From contig NW_026515670.1 in assembly GCF_025526975.1 (NCBI RefSeq), forward strand, positions 1,302,001 through 1,366,000: a stretch of 64,000 nucleotides of DNA. The letters run 5' to 3'. This document shows, piece by piece, positions 24,329-37,004 of this stretch (position 1 is the first letter of the stretch; each line of letters begins with the position of its first letter). The stretch comes from Fimicolochytrium jonesii. Its lineage: Eukaryota. The translations under genes and the position numbers were made by a program. The notes beneath the pieces are model-generated. The model ran no database searches and was not told the DNA's origin. It saw nothing but the letters and a program-made list of their open reading frames with translations.

Positions 24329-27021
24329 TCACACGACAGAAACCTTCCCCTTCAAATGTTCCTCCGAAACAGCCTCCCTCAACCTTTGCCCGACCCGCTG
24401 CACGCTCTCCCGTTCCAGCTTCGTACCAGCCGGCGGAACAGTCCCAGCCTCAATCTCCTGCCACTCCGCCGACACGTCCCCCGACTCGTTTGCATGTGGC
24501 GGCGGGATCATCTCCTCCTCCGCCGCGAGTTGCGCGCTAACTGCATCCGATCCATGTTGACCCGCCTCCTCCTGCTCCCGTGCAGCCTCCAAAGGCCTCG
24601 ACCTCGGCACCTCCTCCGGGGCCACCGGCATCGCCCCGCCATCCACCACCCTCTTCACCGCCTCCGTCACCGCATCCCCCACGCCACCCACTCTCCCAGT
24701 AACTCTCTTCAAGCACGCCCTCACACCTCGCAAATCATTCATCATCGCCCAATGCCCCACCGAGCTCTCGACCTCGTGACATGTGAACCCGGCGGGCATG
24801 TGCATGCTCGTACGCGTGACGACGCCGTCGCCGGGGAGGAAGGTTGTTGGCCAGAGGTACTTCAGGTCGATTTTTCGGTCGGGGGGTTTCATCGTCGGCG
24901 TCGTCGTGCTAGCGGTGCTCGCAGGCTCGGTGGGGGGCGGCGGGGCGATGGAGCATTTTATCCGTGTCGCGGTGGGCCATTTACTCGAGATGAGGTGTGT
25001 GAACGGCGGGTAGTGCGATTGGAGGGCGGGATTGTAGGCGAGGGATTGGCGGAAGCGTTTGGCGGCGGCGAGGGTTGTTGTGAGGTAATTTTTGTGCTTT
25101 GTGAGCGTTTCGGGCGCGGTTGTTTCGGAGAGGGTTTCGGAGAGGGTGTTGCGGATCCATCTGTGAAATGAAGGAGTCGGTAGTTGGTAATTGAGGTGGC
25201 TTTGCGGTAAAATCGATATTGTACGTACTCATCAGCGTTATAAAAATCCACAAGATAATCATCCTCCCCATTCTTCCCATCAACCACAAGTCCCTTCCCA
25301 TCAGTCGGCAGAAACACAAAACTTGTCCGCGCCCCAAAATGCAAATCGGGGGTCATCAGATTCCTCTGCGCCAAAAACGGCGTCCCGCGTTTCAATTGCC
25401 ACAGAATCAAGGGCACGCCTCCAAACGGTGTCCCCACAAACGTAACGCTCTTAAACAGGTGCGGGACACGGTTGACGACGGATAAGGCGATCAGCCCGCC
25501 CATGGAGTGGGCGATGACGGTTATTTTCTGGCCGCCGTTTTTGGCGTAGATGTCGGTTAGGAAGGCTTCGAGAGCGGTGGAGGAGGATTCAGGCTCTTTG
25601 CGCCAGTCGTAGGCGAAGGGGTGGAAGCGGAATTGGCCGTTGCTGCAGGCTTCTTGGGCTTTGAATTCGCGGACGAGGTCGGCGCAGACGTTGATGGGGC
25701 CTATGCGGTCTAGGATGCTGATGGCGTAAAAGGATAATAAATTGAACTGCATTTCGTGGCCGTGCACGATGAGAATCCAATGACCTACCCGCTAGGCACA
25801 AGCCTCTCATCCACCCCATCAAGACTCAACCCCACATCAATCTCCCCACCCCACCCCAGCACATGATCCATCCTCAACCACACCTTCTTCCCTGTATCCT
25901 TCTCGCTCAAAAAGCTTCCATACATCCCACCAAGCAGCACCAGATCGCCTTCTACGAAATAAAACCGGTGCTTATGCCCACATGGGCGCAGATGTTTCGT
26001 GTTCGAGCCCGTGATGGACATGAAAGCTTTTGACCAGGCGGATGCGGCGGTGGATGCTGCGTCGAGTTCTGGGGATGGTGGGCCGAGGGCGGATTCTGGA
26101 AGAGAGCTTGCGGTGGCTGATGGGATTGGTACTGGTTGGGACACTAGGCTGCCGCCGAGCAGTGCTGGTAGTTGTGGGATATCGAAGGGGAGACCAAAGC
26201 TTCCCCAGCCACCACCACTGGTACTTGCTGTTTGCGAACTAGCAACCTGGTCTGTGTCCAGAGATCTGGCTAACTAGGCGGTCACCATAAGTTGTGTTAG
26301 AAATGATGCCGGGGACGAAAGACACAACAAAAATCAGGCAAAGAGTCTCGAAATCATAAAGCGCAGCGATCAACTGTCGAGGTCTTGGATTGGGCGATGA
26401 TTGACAATACCCTGCTCGCTTCGCTCGCCGCTGGGCCGCCCGCCTTGACTGCGTCCGCATTCCCTCCAGGACCCGCTCGCTACCCGCTCGGACCCTCTTC
26501 CGCTCGGGAAAACCCACCTTGCCATCGGCATCCAACTGCTGCAGCTCCAAACTCTCAATCGACTCATAATCCTCATCGCTATCCCCCTGATCGCTGATTC
26601 CCCGCGAGTAATCGGCAAAGCTCCCTAATCCAAACATTCCCAAACTCGGCACCTTCGCCATGAAATCAAACGTCCCTTCGACATCCCCTTGCGCAGCGCT
26701 ATCTAGCGGGTCAGCTGCCGGCGGTGGTGGGGTATCATTCTTCTGGTAGAGGGAGGGTAAAGAGGAGCTTCGTCTTGGCGGCCCTGGTGGGTGGGTAGGT
26801 GAGCGTCCTGACCTTTTGAAGAGTGGGAAGTCGGGCAGCGGACTTTGGGAACTTGTGTTGACCTTGTCTGAGGACGAGGTTGGGGAGGAGAGTTTTTCGG
26901 TTGCAAAGGTTATTGCGTTTGAGGCAGCGGCGGATATGGGTTGGAAGAAGCTGAAGACGTCGGATAGGGGTGAGGGAGAGGGAGAGGGTTTCGTTTCCTT
27001 GTTGCGAGGAGGAGAGGGCAT
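24329..27021 (-). CDS. LCAT/PDAT-like alpha/beta hydrolase
   Basis: LLGGMYGSFL, FAYDWR, nucleophile motif IAHSMGG, GTPFGG, PGDGVV and GHWAMM. First intron 26274-26517. Confidence 0.85.
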
Positions 27022-27410
27022 GGCGCAAAAGGTGTGATGTGGTGGCACACGCTGAGAGCAACTGCGTCGTGTTCGTGGGTGCTCTGTAAAGTGGAATATG
27101 GTTTCTTCAGCGACGGGAAAGATGCTGTAGCTGTCTAGTATACGTAGTATGGGGGAAGGAGGACTTGCAAGTTGCCTATCTTTCCCAACCGCTTGTGGAG
27201 CGTCGTCCAGTGTCGGGCGAGGGAGAGTCTGCGAGGAGTGACGTCGGCGGGAGCGCATCCACGCGACACAACTGGAGAACACTCGCGCGCGCGGGACTTG
27301 GCCGTTTTCATATTTCATCCCCGTTCGTGAACTGCTCGGGAGCACTGCTGCACTTGACGCCTGGATTGACACCTTCTCTGTTCAGACAGGCTAACACTTC
27401 ATAGAAAGGG

Positions 27411-29267
27411 ATGACCGTAGGGTGTCGGGCGGCTCTGAGGCAAGGCACAAGCTGCTTGCCTCGTGGTGCGGCAATACCCAGAAACGGGCAAACTAGTCCA
27501 TGTCTTCCACGTCCTCACCCTCCACGGCAACCGCCGCAACAGCAGGTAGGGTGCAGCAGACCTTTCTCCACAGCAGGTACCCCTCCACTCCGCCGGCGCA
27601 ATCGGACAAGCCCATCCTCCGGGCCCCTCAGCGCCTCACAGCGCCTCTCCATCTTCGGCTCCTACGACCTGATCTTACCCCGCGTCGACAACCTCAACGG
27701 AAATGTCCTCCGCCAACAACGGCGACCCGTTCCCAACACAATCCCCATCCCCGACCGGGACGAGAACGAGTGTCCGGTCGTGACGCTCAACGAGCCGCAT
27801 CTGAAGACGGAGAAGGAGCTGGTCGGGCTGAGGAAGGCGTGTGCGCTGGCGAAGAGGGCGTTGGAGGAGGCGGGAAGGATGGTTGAGGTGGGCGTGACGA
27901 CGGATGAGATTGATCGGAGAGGTTGGTGGCGTAGATCAGCGGCATGTTTTGATCTTGGTGAAGATGTGGCGGAGGGTGGGAATCTTTCAAGCTTTTCTCA
28001 AACGAAACTATTTTCTGCTTTGTATGTAGTTCACGAATTCATAATACAAAACGGCGCATATCCAAGTCCGCTGGGCCACATTGGGTTTCCCAAATCCATT
28101 TGTACGTTTCTCTGTCTTTCTGTCTTTGTGTCAATCGCATTCCGGCCACGGCCTTTTACACTTCCGGCTTTCCCTCATGTCTGCCCTATGTGCATCGTAG
28201 GTACATCCATCAACAATGTCATCTGTCACGGGTTAGTACCATCGTCCTCCATATTGCCCCATCCTAGTATGAAAGATTGATGCGAAGGTTTATCCCCATC
28301 CAGAATACCAGACTCGTAAGTCCTCCTTCTAACGCCGGTGAGAAGATGATGAAGCTGAACCCTCTCAGTCGTCCTCTGCAGGATGGAGACATCATCAACA
28401 TAGACATCACCGTAAGTCTGCCATTCCGTCCCCTCCTCCAATGCATCCACGCATCAAACTCACTTCCACACCCGGCCCACCACAGGTCTATCTTCAAGGG
28501 TAAAAGCCCCCAAACCATATCGCTCCAACCCTCGCCCGCCCCGCCCGCTAACCCCCACTGCTCCCCAACCCTCAAAGCTACCACGGCGACACCAGCGCAA
28601 CCTTCCCAGTCGGCACCGTCGACGCCCGCGGCCTGCACCTCGTCGCCGCCACAAAAGACGCAATGAACAACGCCATCGCCCTCTGCGGGCCCGGCGTGCC
28701 CCTCAACCAAATCGGCCACTCCATCAGGTAAAAGAAGATCCCATCCCCCCTTCCCGCCCCCCCCATCTCACCCCTCTCCCAACAGCACCCACGCCCACGC
28801 GTCCAATTACACCACCTCCCCGGACTTCTGCGGCCACGGCATCGGCACCCAGTTCCACGAGCCGCCCATGATCTACCACTTTGAAAACACCTGCCCCGGC
28901 GTCATGGCCCAGGGCATGACCTTCACCGTCGAGCCGATGCTGTGTCAGGGCGCGTGCGCGTATGTGCTGTGGCCGGACTGCTGGACCGCCGTTACGAGGG
29001 ATGGTAAGAGAGAGCGGGGGGGGCGGGGGGGGGGGGGGTTTGGAACGTTTGACTGACGGTTGAACCCCGTATGTGTGTTTGTGACCCCCCCGCAGGTGGG
29101 CGGTCGGCGCAATTCGGTGGGTTTGTGCCTGCATGTTTTTTCGTCTGATGTACTGAATGCACTGTTGGCGTGCATCCCACACCGGCTAACCCGCAGCACT
29201 TCCCATCCACTGTGATGCAGAACACACGATCCTGATCACGTCCTCGGGTGCCGAGATCCTCACCTGA
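27411..29267 (+). CDS. Methionine aminopeptidase type 1 (organellar MetAP1D-like)
   Basis: GAYPSPL..GFPKSIC, SINNVICHG, LQDGDIINIDIT, FCGHGIG..FHEPP, FTVEPML and EHTILIT motifs, spread over many exons. Confidence 0.92.
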
Positions 29268-29650
29268 TCGCGCGCGTCGAAGCTGGGAGCGGGAATCGCG
29301 ACACCCGGGGTTTGCGTTCGTGGGGGATCAACAAAGGGGAGATGAAAACCAGAGAGAGGAACCAAGCCCAGACAGTCGCATAATGTACTGTATATATTTC
29401 CCATCGTTTTTTTCTTTTTCTGTCGGGTGTTGGGTCCAAAAAACAATATCAAAAAACGTACGAAACGCAAAGCAAAACGAAACATATGTACAGAAAATGT
29501 TGCCGGGGGGGTGTTGCACCTGCATGTCAAAAAAAGAAAAACAAAGGTTCGGTGTGTCCCAAATCCGCCCCCATTCCCCATCAATCCCTACCCCCGCGCC
29601 CTAACCCTCCCAAAAAAGCCCCGGGAAATAAATACCCTCCCTCCTCCCCT

Positions 29651-32600
29651 TTACTCCCCCGGCTCCCTAACAACCACCCGGTCCCCGCGCACACACTCGA
29701 CCACGCCGGCCCCCTCCATGATCGCCTGCTCCTCCCTGTTCGTCACGTCCTCCACAATCACCGCCGCCTTCACTCCCCCTCCCCCCCCTGCCGTGATCCC
29801 ACCCGTGGGCGGCGGCCCCAACGCCGATAACGGTGGCGGCCCAGCCGACGCCGTGAAATTCCCGTTCCCGAGATCGAAATGGCGCGAGGCTTGCCGCGAC
29901 CGGGACCCCCACCCGCCGGTGGGCGCCAGGTTCGGCTGCGAGAAGTTCGGGGGCGGGGGTGGGGGGTCGCGGTAGGCTGTCGCCGGGGGCGGGGGCATGA
30001 GGGAGGCTGCTGACGTCGTGCGATGTCTCGGGCCCGTCGTGGTGCTCGTGGCAGGGATCTCCACTCCATCCCCATCGCCCACCTCCAGATCCCCCGTCCA
30101 CTCGCCCCCCCTCGCGACCGCAGACGGGCGTTCGGGCGCCGACCCGCTGCGCGACCGGGATGCGGGTGGTGGGGGTGGTGGGAGGGGCGGGGTCTCTTGC
30201 GCGCGGTATTTATCCAGCAGGAGCCGTTCCATGTATGTGAGGCGGTTGGAGGAGGTTGAGAAGGCGTGTTGGGTTGTTTGGAGGGCTGTTTGGGTCGGGT
30301 GGGGGTGGTGCGCGGGGGGCGGGTCGGTGGATGTCGAGTCTGTGGAGGAAGGGGAAAAAAAGACAAACGCGGGCCTGTTTTAGCGAGGGGCGTGTGTGTG
30401 TTGTCACGGCTACACGTATTATGTATAATGTCAATCCCCCCCTACGCGACGCCGGTCACACCAACGCTTACATCTCAACCCCCCCACTCTTTTTCAGTCA
30501 AACCGAATCATCAGCAATCCGACTTACTTGTCTGAACCCCCCGCGCGAACTCGCCCTCCCCCTTATGCCGCCCCGCATACCCCCTCCTCCCCGCTTCCGG
30601 GTCCTCGACCCCGTCCCCCCTTCCCCCCCTCAAATCCGGCGCACTCGAAGTATTACTACTCCGTAAACTCTCCCCACTCGTGTTCTGCTGATGGGTAGGC
30701 AGCGTCAACTGATACATATCCGGCGTCGAATGGGCGGTCGGGGAGTCAGAGGCGTGGGTGGAGGAAGACATCCCGAACCGCATCCCCAACGACGCGGTCA
30801 GATTCGTCAACGACTGTCCGAAGGAGGCGAGCGAGCCGGAGCGCGGACGGTGGAGGGCCGCCGAAGTCTCGTGGTGGGTGGGGAGGTACATGTCCTGGTC
30901 GTTTGTTGCGCGGCGGGTGCGTGCGGCGCTCTGACTGGGAGGTAGATGCGGATCTTTGGGACCGGATATGACAGCGACGGTGGCGCGGCGGTTGGCGGAT
31001 TTGAAATCGCGCGGGGATTCGATTCGTTTCTGGGCCGCGCGTTCGTTGCGCCATTCTTCGAGGGCGGAGGTGAAGGACTTGTGCGAGGCTTCTTCGTCAA
31101 AGTGGCCGTCTAGGAGGGTTGGGGTTGTGTTGGAGGGGAGGGCGGTGCCGTTATTGCCTGTGGTGGAGGGGTCGGAAGGGTCGGTTAGGGCTGACCCGCT
31201 GGTGCTGAAACCAGGGACCCAGTCCGTGCGGCCTTCCTCGGCGGCGCTGATCATGTAGTCGCGGGCGGAGTCGGGGTCTCGGGGTGGTGTGGGGGGGATG
31301 GCGACGACGGCTATGGCTTCGGACGGGCGACGGCCGGTGAGGGTTTCGGAGCCAAAGATGTGGGAGGCGCGGCGGTTGGTCGAAGCGTACATTTCGGAGG
31401 AGCGGCGGGAGGGGGGGATGTTGCCGAAGGGGTTCGATTTGCAGGCGGAGGGGGGGCTCGAGGCGCCGGTTGAGGGTGGGGGTTGGCTGGGGGCGAGGGC
31501 TGATGGGACTCGCCACTGTGAGATGCGAACAGGGGTTAGCAATGCAGTACCACTAGCGCATCCTCCCAATACTTCCCACAGTCCACTCACCATGCGAGCG
31601 GGCGGCCGAAAAGTCAAATTCTGCGGCGCCCTATTCTGCGGTGGCGCCGGTTGCCGCGAGCTAATCGCATTAGCCGACGCACTCATCTCCGACCCCCGCC
31701 GCGACCCAATCCCCGCTTGTTGGCCGGCTGGAGGCTGCAATGAAGCTCTCCGCGCCAACGACGATTCCGAGAGGTTCGGATTATCGGACCCTCTGCGATT
31801 GTCCTCGGGCTTTGTTGATTGAGCAGTGCTGTATTGTGGATATTGGTGGACTAGTTCGCTGGAGGATAGGGCTTTTCCTTTGAGGTCCGACTCGAGTTTT
31901 TTGCGGCGGTTGTCGGCTGTTGATGCGGGGTTCAAGCACTTTAGAGGCGGGAAAAGGGTGGGAATGTGAATATACTGCATGTGGTACGTACCTTCCTGCA
32001 CCACACCTGTATACCGGGATTTCTGCAACGCGGCATTCTTCTTGGCCAGCACGTCGGCAGCATATGACGTGAGCGATCCTTTGGCTCCATACCCTCCGGC
32101 CTGCCATGTTGTGGTTCTTCCGCTTGCACTATCAACAACACCCAGAACTTTGAGCTAGAGCGGCATGGAGCAAACGCGAAAGCTGCGGTACCTTCTATGT
32201 TCCTTTCCCCGCGCCATCGTCTCCCTTAATGCCTTCAATTGCTGCTCCATTTTCTGCGTCTCGATCTCCAGAAGCTCTGATTCGGATAGTGCCCTACATT
32301 CGAAGAGAGAGCGTTGACTATGGTCAGATTCGTTTTGAAACGCGGCACGATTTTTGAATTAAACGCTTGTTGATGACATTGTTTTCAGGTTTCAAGTTTC
32401 GACAAGACGTGTTGATGCTCGCTTCGCTCGCCGCTCCAGGCCACGCTCTGCAAGCAGCCTCACTCACTCCGGCCCGAACTCCCTTCCGCACATCATCCCC
32501 ACCCCCCTTGCCCTCCCCATATATTCAAACCTACTTCTTATTCTTATCCGCAAACTTCCCATCCGACATGGCATTCGAAGAGGAAGGGGACGGACCGGCC

Positions 32601-32668
32601 CCTCCTCCTCCAATTGGTGGCGGCTGGCTAATAGCTGCGGGTGCTGGGAGGCTTTCCATCGTGGCCAT
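29651..32668 (-). CDS. ZBBX-like (cilia-associated) protein, no B-box visible
   Basis: Blocks resembling ZBBX family motifs (from memory): ETQKMEQQLKALRETM, GSLTSYAADVL, LLDGHFDEEASHKSFTSALEEWR and LTYMERLLLDKYR. The start codon is uncertain. Confidence 0.6.
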
Positions 32669-32694
32669 ACGCGGGGCTCCTCCAAAGGCTGCGC

Positions 32695-32737
32695 GGGTGT
32701 GGGTGTGGGTGTGGATGTGGGTGTGGGTGTGGGTGTG
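32695..32737 (+). repeat. (GGGTGT)n hexanucleotide microsatellite
   Basis: About 7 tandem units just upstream of the ZBBX-like start. Confidence 0.85.
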
Positions 32738-33312
32738 AGGGGGTTGCTCGGAATGCTGGCGCGGTGGGAGTAGGTTCGTCGCTGGGAAGATGCTGGCGGC
32801 TGGTTGAGGCTGTTATTTCTGTTCCTTCTCCTCTGAAAAAAGGGCTCGTTTGGGGGACACCTGAATCTGGCTGTTGGGTGTATGAGTGTGGGTGAGACGA
32901 CTGCGGGCGAGGACTGTGCACACGGGACCCTGACGGTTTCCCACAGGTCGAGGCCAGTATTCGTTGCAGACGCGAACCCGGATAGCTATAGGTGGGGAGT
33001 GAGGGGAGCTACATGTACAGTACTTAGTGGAGCAGCGCAATATGGGCAATATGGATAAGCACAGGATAGGATGCAGTTGGAGGGAGGAGGGGGGGGGGGG
33101 GGGTGTTCCCAAGGGGGGCGCGCCTCACCAGACATGACAGAGGGGGGGCGTAATTAATCATGCGGACGTAACGCGTTCAGGCCTCAGATGACTCACCCAC
33201 TCTCACTCAATCACTCAACCACCCACTCCACCCAGCCAACGTGGTTTCTCACGGAAGAGACTTGGCATGGGGGACTCTCGCTCTCATCTCGCTCTCAGAC
33301 CACCCGCGAGAA

Positions 33313-33720
33313 ATGTCCGCCGACAAGCGCCTATACATCTTCGATCTAGACAACACCCTCTACCTCGGGAGAGCAGAACGACACCGCCGTCTGCAATACG
33401 AACGCCGTCTCCTGCCCTTCCTCAACAACCTCGCCGCTCACGGTCACCTCCTCGCCGTAGCTACCTTCAACACAGACGCAGAGGTCCTCCTCCTGAACAT
33501 GGGCATACGCTCCCTGTTTGACTCGGTCGTACAAACTGCCCGTGCCACAAAGAGTGAAATGGTTTCGAGCATATGTTCCAAGTACCCCTACATCCCGACG
33601 CACAATGTTCACTACTATGACGATGACTACGACAGTGTGATGGACGTTAGGGCGCTGGGGATCAGGGCTACGAACGTCGCTCCGTTAACGGGAGTGCCCA
33701 TACCTACTGAACTATCGTGA
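33313..33720 (+). CDS. Intronless capless HAD phosphatase, MDP-1-like (subfamily IIIC)
   Basis: Motif I FDLDNTL, motif II LAVAT, motif III Lys (TKSEM) and motif IV YYDDD. Confidence 0.82.
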   Translation: MSADKRLYIFDLDNTLYLGRAERHRRLQYERRLLPFLNNLAAHGHLLAVATFNTDAEVLLLNMGIRSLFDSVVQTARATKSEMVSSICSKYPYIPTHNVHYYDDDYDSVMDVRALGIRATNVAPLTGVPIPTELS

Positions 33721-33847
33721 CGTTGGAGGTTTCTATTAGATGTTCCTTCGATCTGTAACCCGATACCCTGACACAGCCCGATGAGCGTAAACAGTACCCA
33801 TATACCCATTATAAGCTCCTTAGAAGGAAAACTTCAAATGTAGCCTA

Positions 33848-35194
33848 CTACAAAATGTCACTTAGCGGGTTAGGTGTTTCGACCGAGTTGCGTACGAAGG
33901 ACTGCAAATCTTGCGCCGCGGTGGAATGGATCTGGAGGGTGACCGCATCTGAGACATGGCGGCTGGCAAACGTGTAACGGCCTCGCTGATAATCTAGCTC
34001 GGGGATGATCTGCACAACGAGGTCGCTGACGTGTGCTGATGTTTCTCCAGCCCCGAGACAGCTTCGAAGGGCCAGCAGGTCGGTCCGCGCAACGGCGTTT
34101 TCCAGCATTTCTGTCTCAAGCGCAACCGTACAGTCGGTGGACAAAAAGCTGTGGGCCCCCGCCTGACCTAAATCAGCGACTGCCGCAACGCCACATTCAC
34201 GTGAGTGACCGACATTGATTTCAAGGAGAGGGGCCACAGCTTTTGGTCCACTGACTGTACTGTGATGAAAGACGGCCCGAGCTGCTCCTCCGAGTATCCT
34301 AAATCGATCGGCCAGTTCATTCTGTGAAACGTCACTCAAAAAGGCTTGACCCGTAGAGCCTCGAGTTCATCAATGGTGAAAACCGGCATGCAGAGGGTGA
34401 TGGTGCGCGGTCGTTTCTCGGTTTTCTTGTACACACCGCGGTCCGGGGCCGTCGTTAATATCAGCCGAGCGTTGGTGCTGTTATCCGGTTCCTCCCCGTC
34501 ACAGATGTACCAAACATCATTCCTGATGAGGTAGTCTGTGAATGACATCTGGGCGTCACCGAGAACGACGGACCCTTCCGAGACAAGATAGCGTTTTCTG
34601 CCATACTGGAAAACAATGATGGCCTTTGGATCGCCCAAGAGAATGCGATAGGCGACATACGCAGCGAGATGCGTCTTTTCCAATTCCGGAAGTGCCCATG
34701 ACAACGGCCTTATGGAACAACGGCTTCTTGAATGTGTTTTGGATTATGGTGTAAATTTCCCCGTAGCATTCCCGAACTAGCAAGTGCCGCCCGAAGTCCA
34801 GGAGTCCGAAAAACGTAGTACCCGCCGGCAGCGTTAAGAAGTTTGGGTCAGAGGTGCGATCGGCGCCAAGAAGGTTTTCCCAAGAGGAGGCGATCGCAAC
34901 GTCCACTATTTTCAGAAAGCAGTTGAGGAGAGACCCCCCGTACAATGACTCTGCATAATATCATCTTCTCGTACCGTTCTGAATCAGAACCACCGTCCCG
35001 TCCGTGAACTCATCCGGGTTCTTTAGTTCGTTTCCGGTCGTCGCATCGAGGAGCCGCACGTTGTTGACCTCCGGTGCTTAGATGGGCGAGGGGTTTAACC
35101 TGATCGCATCCCGCTTGACATCCACCGGAGATTTCCCTTCCAAAGAGGTAACGGGGAAAAACAGGCCGGCGCTGTCCACGTGAGCGCGAGGCAT
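33848..35194 (-). pseudogene. Crinkler (CRN)-like NTPase effector pseudogene
   Basis: LLVRECY, Walker A GTSGIGK[T], WYICDG, LCMPVFTIDEL and RFRILGGAARAVF. There is an in-frame TAA in exon 1, frameshifts near 34676 and 34338, a MITE insertion and a missing C-terminus. Confidence 0.85.
34131..34257. mobile_element. Tc1/mariner-type MITE (127 bp) with TA target-site duplication
   Basis: TIRs CAGTCGGTGGACAAAAAGCTGTGG and CAGTCAGTGGACCAAAAGCTGTGG (22/24 match). TA flanks at 34129-34130 and 34258-34259. Confidence 0.88.
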
Positions 35195-35364
35195 GTCTAA
35201 AGGGAGTTTATTTGTCGTCTTTCCGAAGCAACGACGCTGCTGCTGTCATCTCCCCCTGCCCAATGTCGCTGCGAACGCAGCCCATGCACACAGCTATAGA
35301 CGTCAGACAGGGCCGTTCAGATACCCCGGCACGCTAGCTGACCCTTATCCCTCGCACACGCACC

Positions 35365-36494
35365 ATGAGCTTCCCCGCCTACCAAACCCCGACCCAATAC
35401 AAACCCGCGCCAAGCAGCGCCCGCTCTCCATCCCACAACAAACGGCCACCAATACTCGAGCGGAACCTTACGAAAGGCAGGGCTAATGAGGTGGGATACC
35501 CTTTTAATTTGGAGTATGAACCTCCGCGTGGGAATGTCGGCTCACCTTGTTGTTTTCTCGGTGGTGTTTGACTTTGGAAGGTCAGCTTGTCGGCGTTCGC
35601 GTTCCTGTTCAGCGAGATGTTGAGTTACGCGACAAAGAAGAGTAGCGGGATACAGGATATGGAGAAAAAGTACGTATGCGCGGGGGGTGATCAGTCAATG
35701 AACTTCAAGTCGAGGCGAGGAGGAAAAGCTGGGAACGCGACACGATGGGAACGCCATGATGCGAACACGATGATCAAAACGACCGCACTGCATCCAAACT
35801 GATCTCCCCCACCCCCTCGCATCAGACTCTCCGACTTTGGCTACCGCGTCGGCATCCGCACCCTCGAACTCATCATCTTCCGCGACCGCACCGGCCGCCG
35901 AGACACGCGCCTCCTCAGCGTGCTCTCGTTCATCCATTCAACGGTGTGGAAAACGCTGTTTGGGAAGGCCGCGGATTCGTTGGAGAAGGGGACTGAGAAC
36001 GAGGACGAGTGTATGTCTGTGGGTCGATGTGTGGGGTTGGGATGTGGGGTGACGATGAGGAAGGCCGGCTGATGTTGTGGGTTTATGACATGATGTGACA
36101 GATATGATATCCGACAACGAACCCAACGTCACGAAATTCATCGCGGTCCCCAAGGAAATGTCGCAGCTGAGTTGTGGGGCGTTCATCGGGGGGATCGTTG
36201 AGGCCGTACTAGACGGATCTGGCTTTGTAAGTCCTTTCGTTTCTTCTTAATGGGTTCCTTTTGCAATTGAAAGGGTGTGATTTTGATGTGTGATTGGTGT
36301 TTTTTAGCCGGCGAAAGTAAGCGCGCACGCGACAGCGTCGGACCAGTTTCCGTTGCGGACGACGATTTTGATGAAGTTTGATAAGAGTGGTGAGTTGGGG
36401 GAATTGCGCATACGCTGCTATTGTTGAGTGTGGTGAGGTACTGATGGCTTGTTTGGTAGTTTTGCAAAGGGAGAAGGCGTTTGAGGTGCGATGA
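35365..36494 (+). CDS. TRS31: TRAPP complex subunit Trs31/TRAPPC5
   Basis: VSLSAFAFLFSEM, LSDFGYRVG, VWKTLFGKAADSLEK, YMISDNEP and LSCGAFIGGIVE across 6 exons. Confidence 0.95.
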
Positions 36495-37004
36495 GAGGCG
36501 AGGAGGACGGTTGCTTAGAATCTGTGTATATAGCCAGGGTGGGAGGTTGGAACGGCTTTGCTAGAGGGAAACTTCCAAGCATGGACGCGTGGTAGATGCG
36601 CGTAGCCGCTGGTGTTTCTGCAGCAGAGGGCTGGCCAGGAATCACGTCGATGGAAGGTGGATGACTAGGTTCCAACGGCGATTCCGGTGGTCACAGAGGC
36701 CACATCACCTCATCTTCCGTGAGCGAGCCTGGGAAAGCTCAGCGCCGCCCAGAATCACCAATGGAATACATACGTATGGGACGACCATATGTACTGTATA
36801 TACAGGGCGTTCTTGTCGTTAGGACCACGGCCTTGTATTTTCATATGACATACGTTCACGTTCCACGATACACAAGTTGGCACAAACGCACACACACACA
36901 TTCACACATATATAAAAACGCAAACACAGAAGGGTACTTTTCGGTATGCGCCACCACTTGTCTCCTGACTTTCGAAGGACCCCAATATCCGAGATCTTGC
37001 CCGC

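Noticed and set aside
29599..29608. CCCTAACCCT telomere/telomerase-template-like motif
   Set aside because: A single short match in C-rich 3' flanking sequence with no supporting structure.
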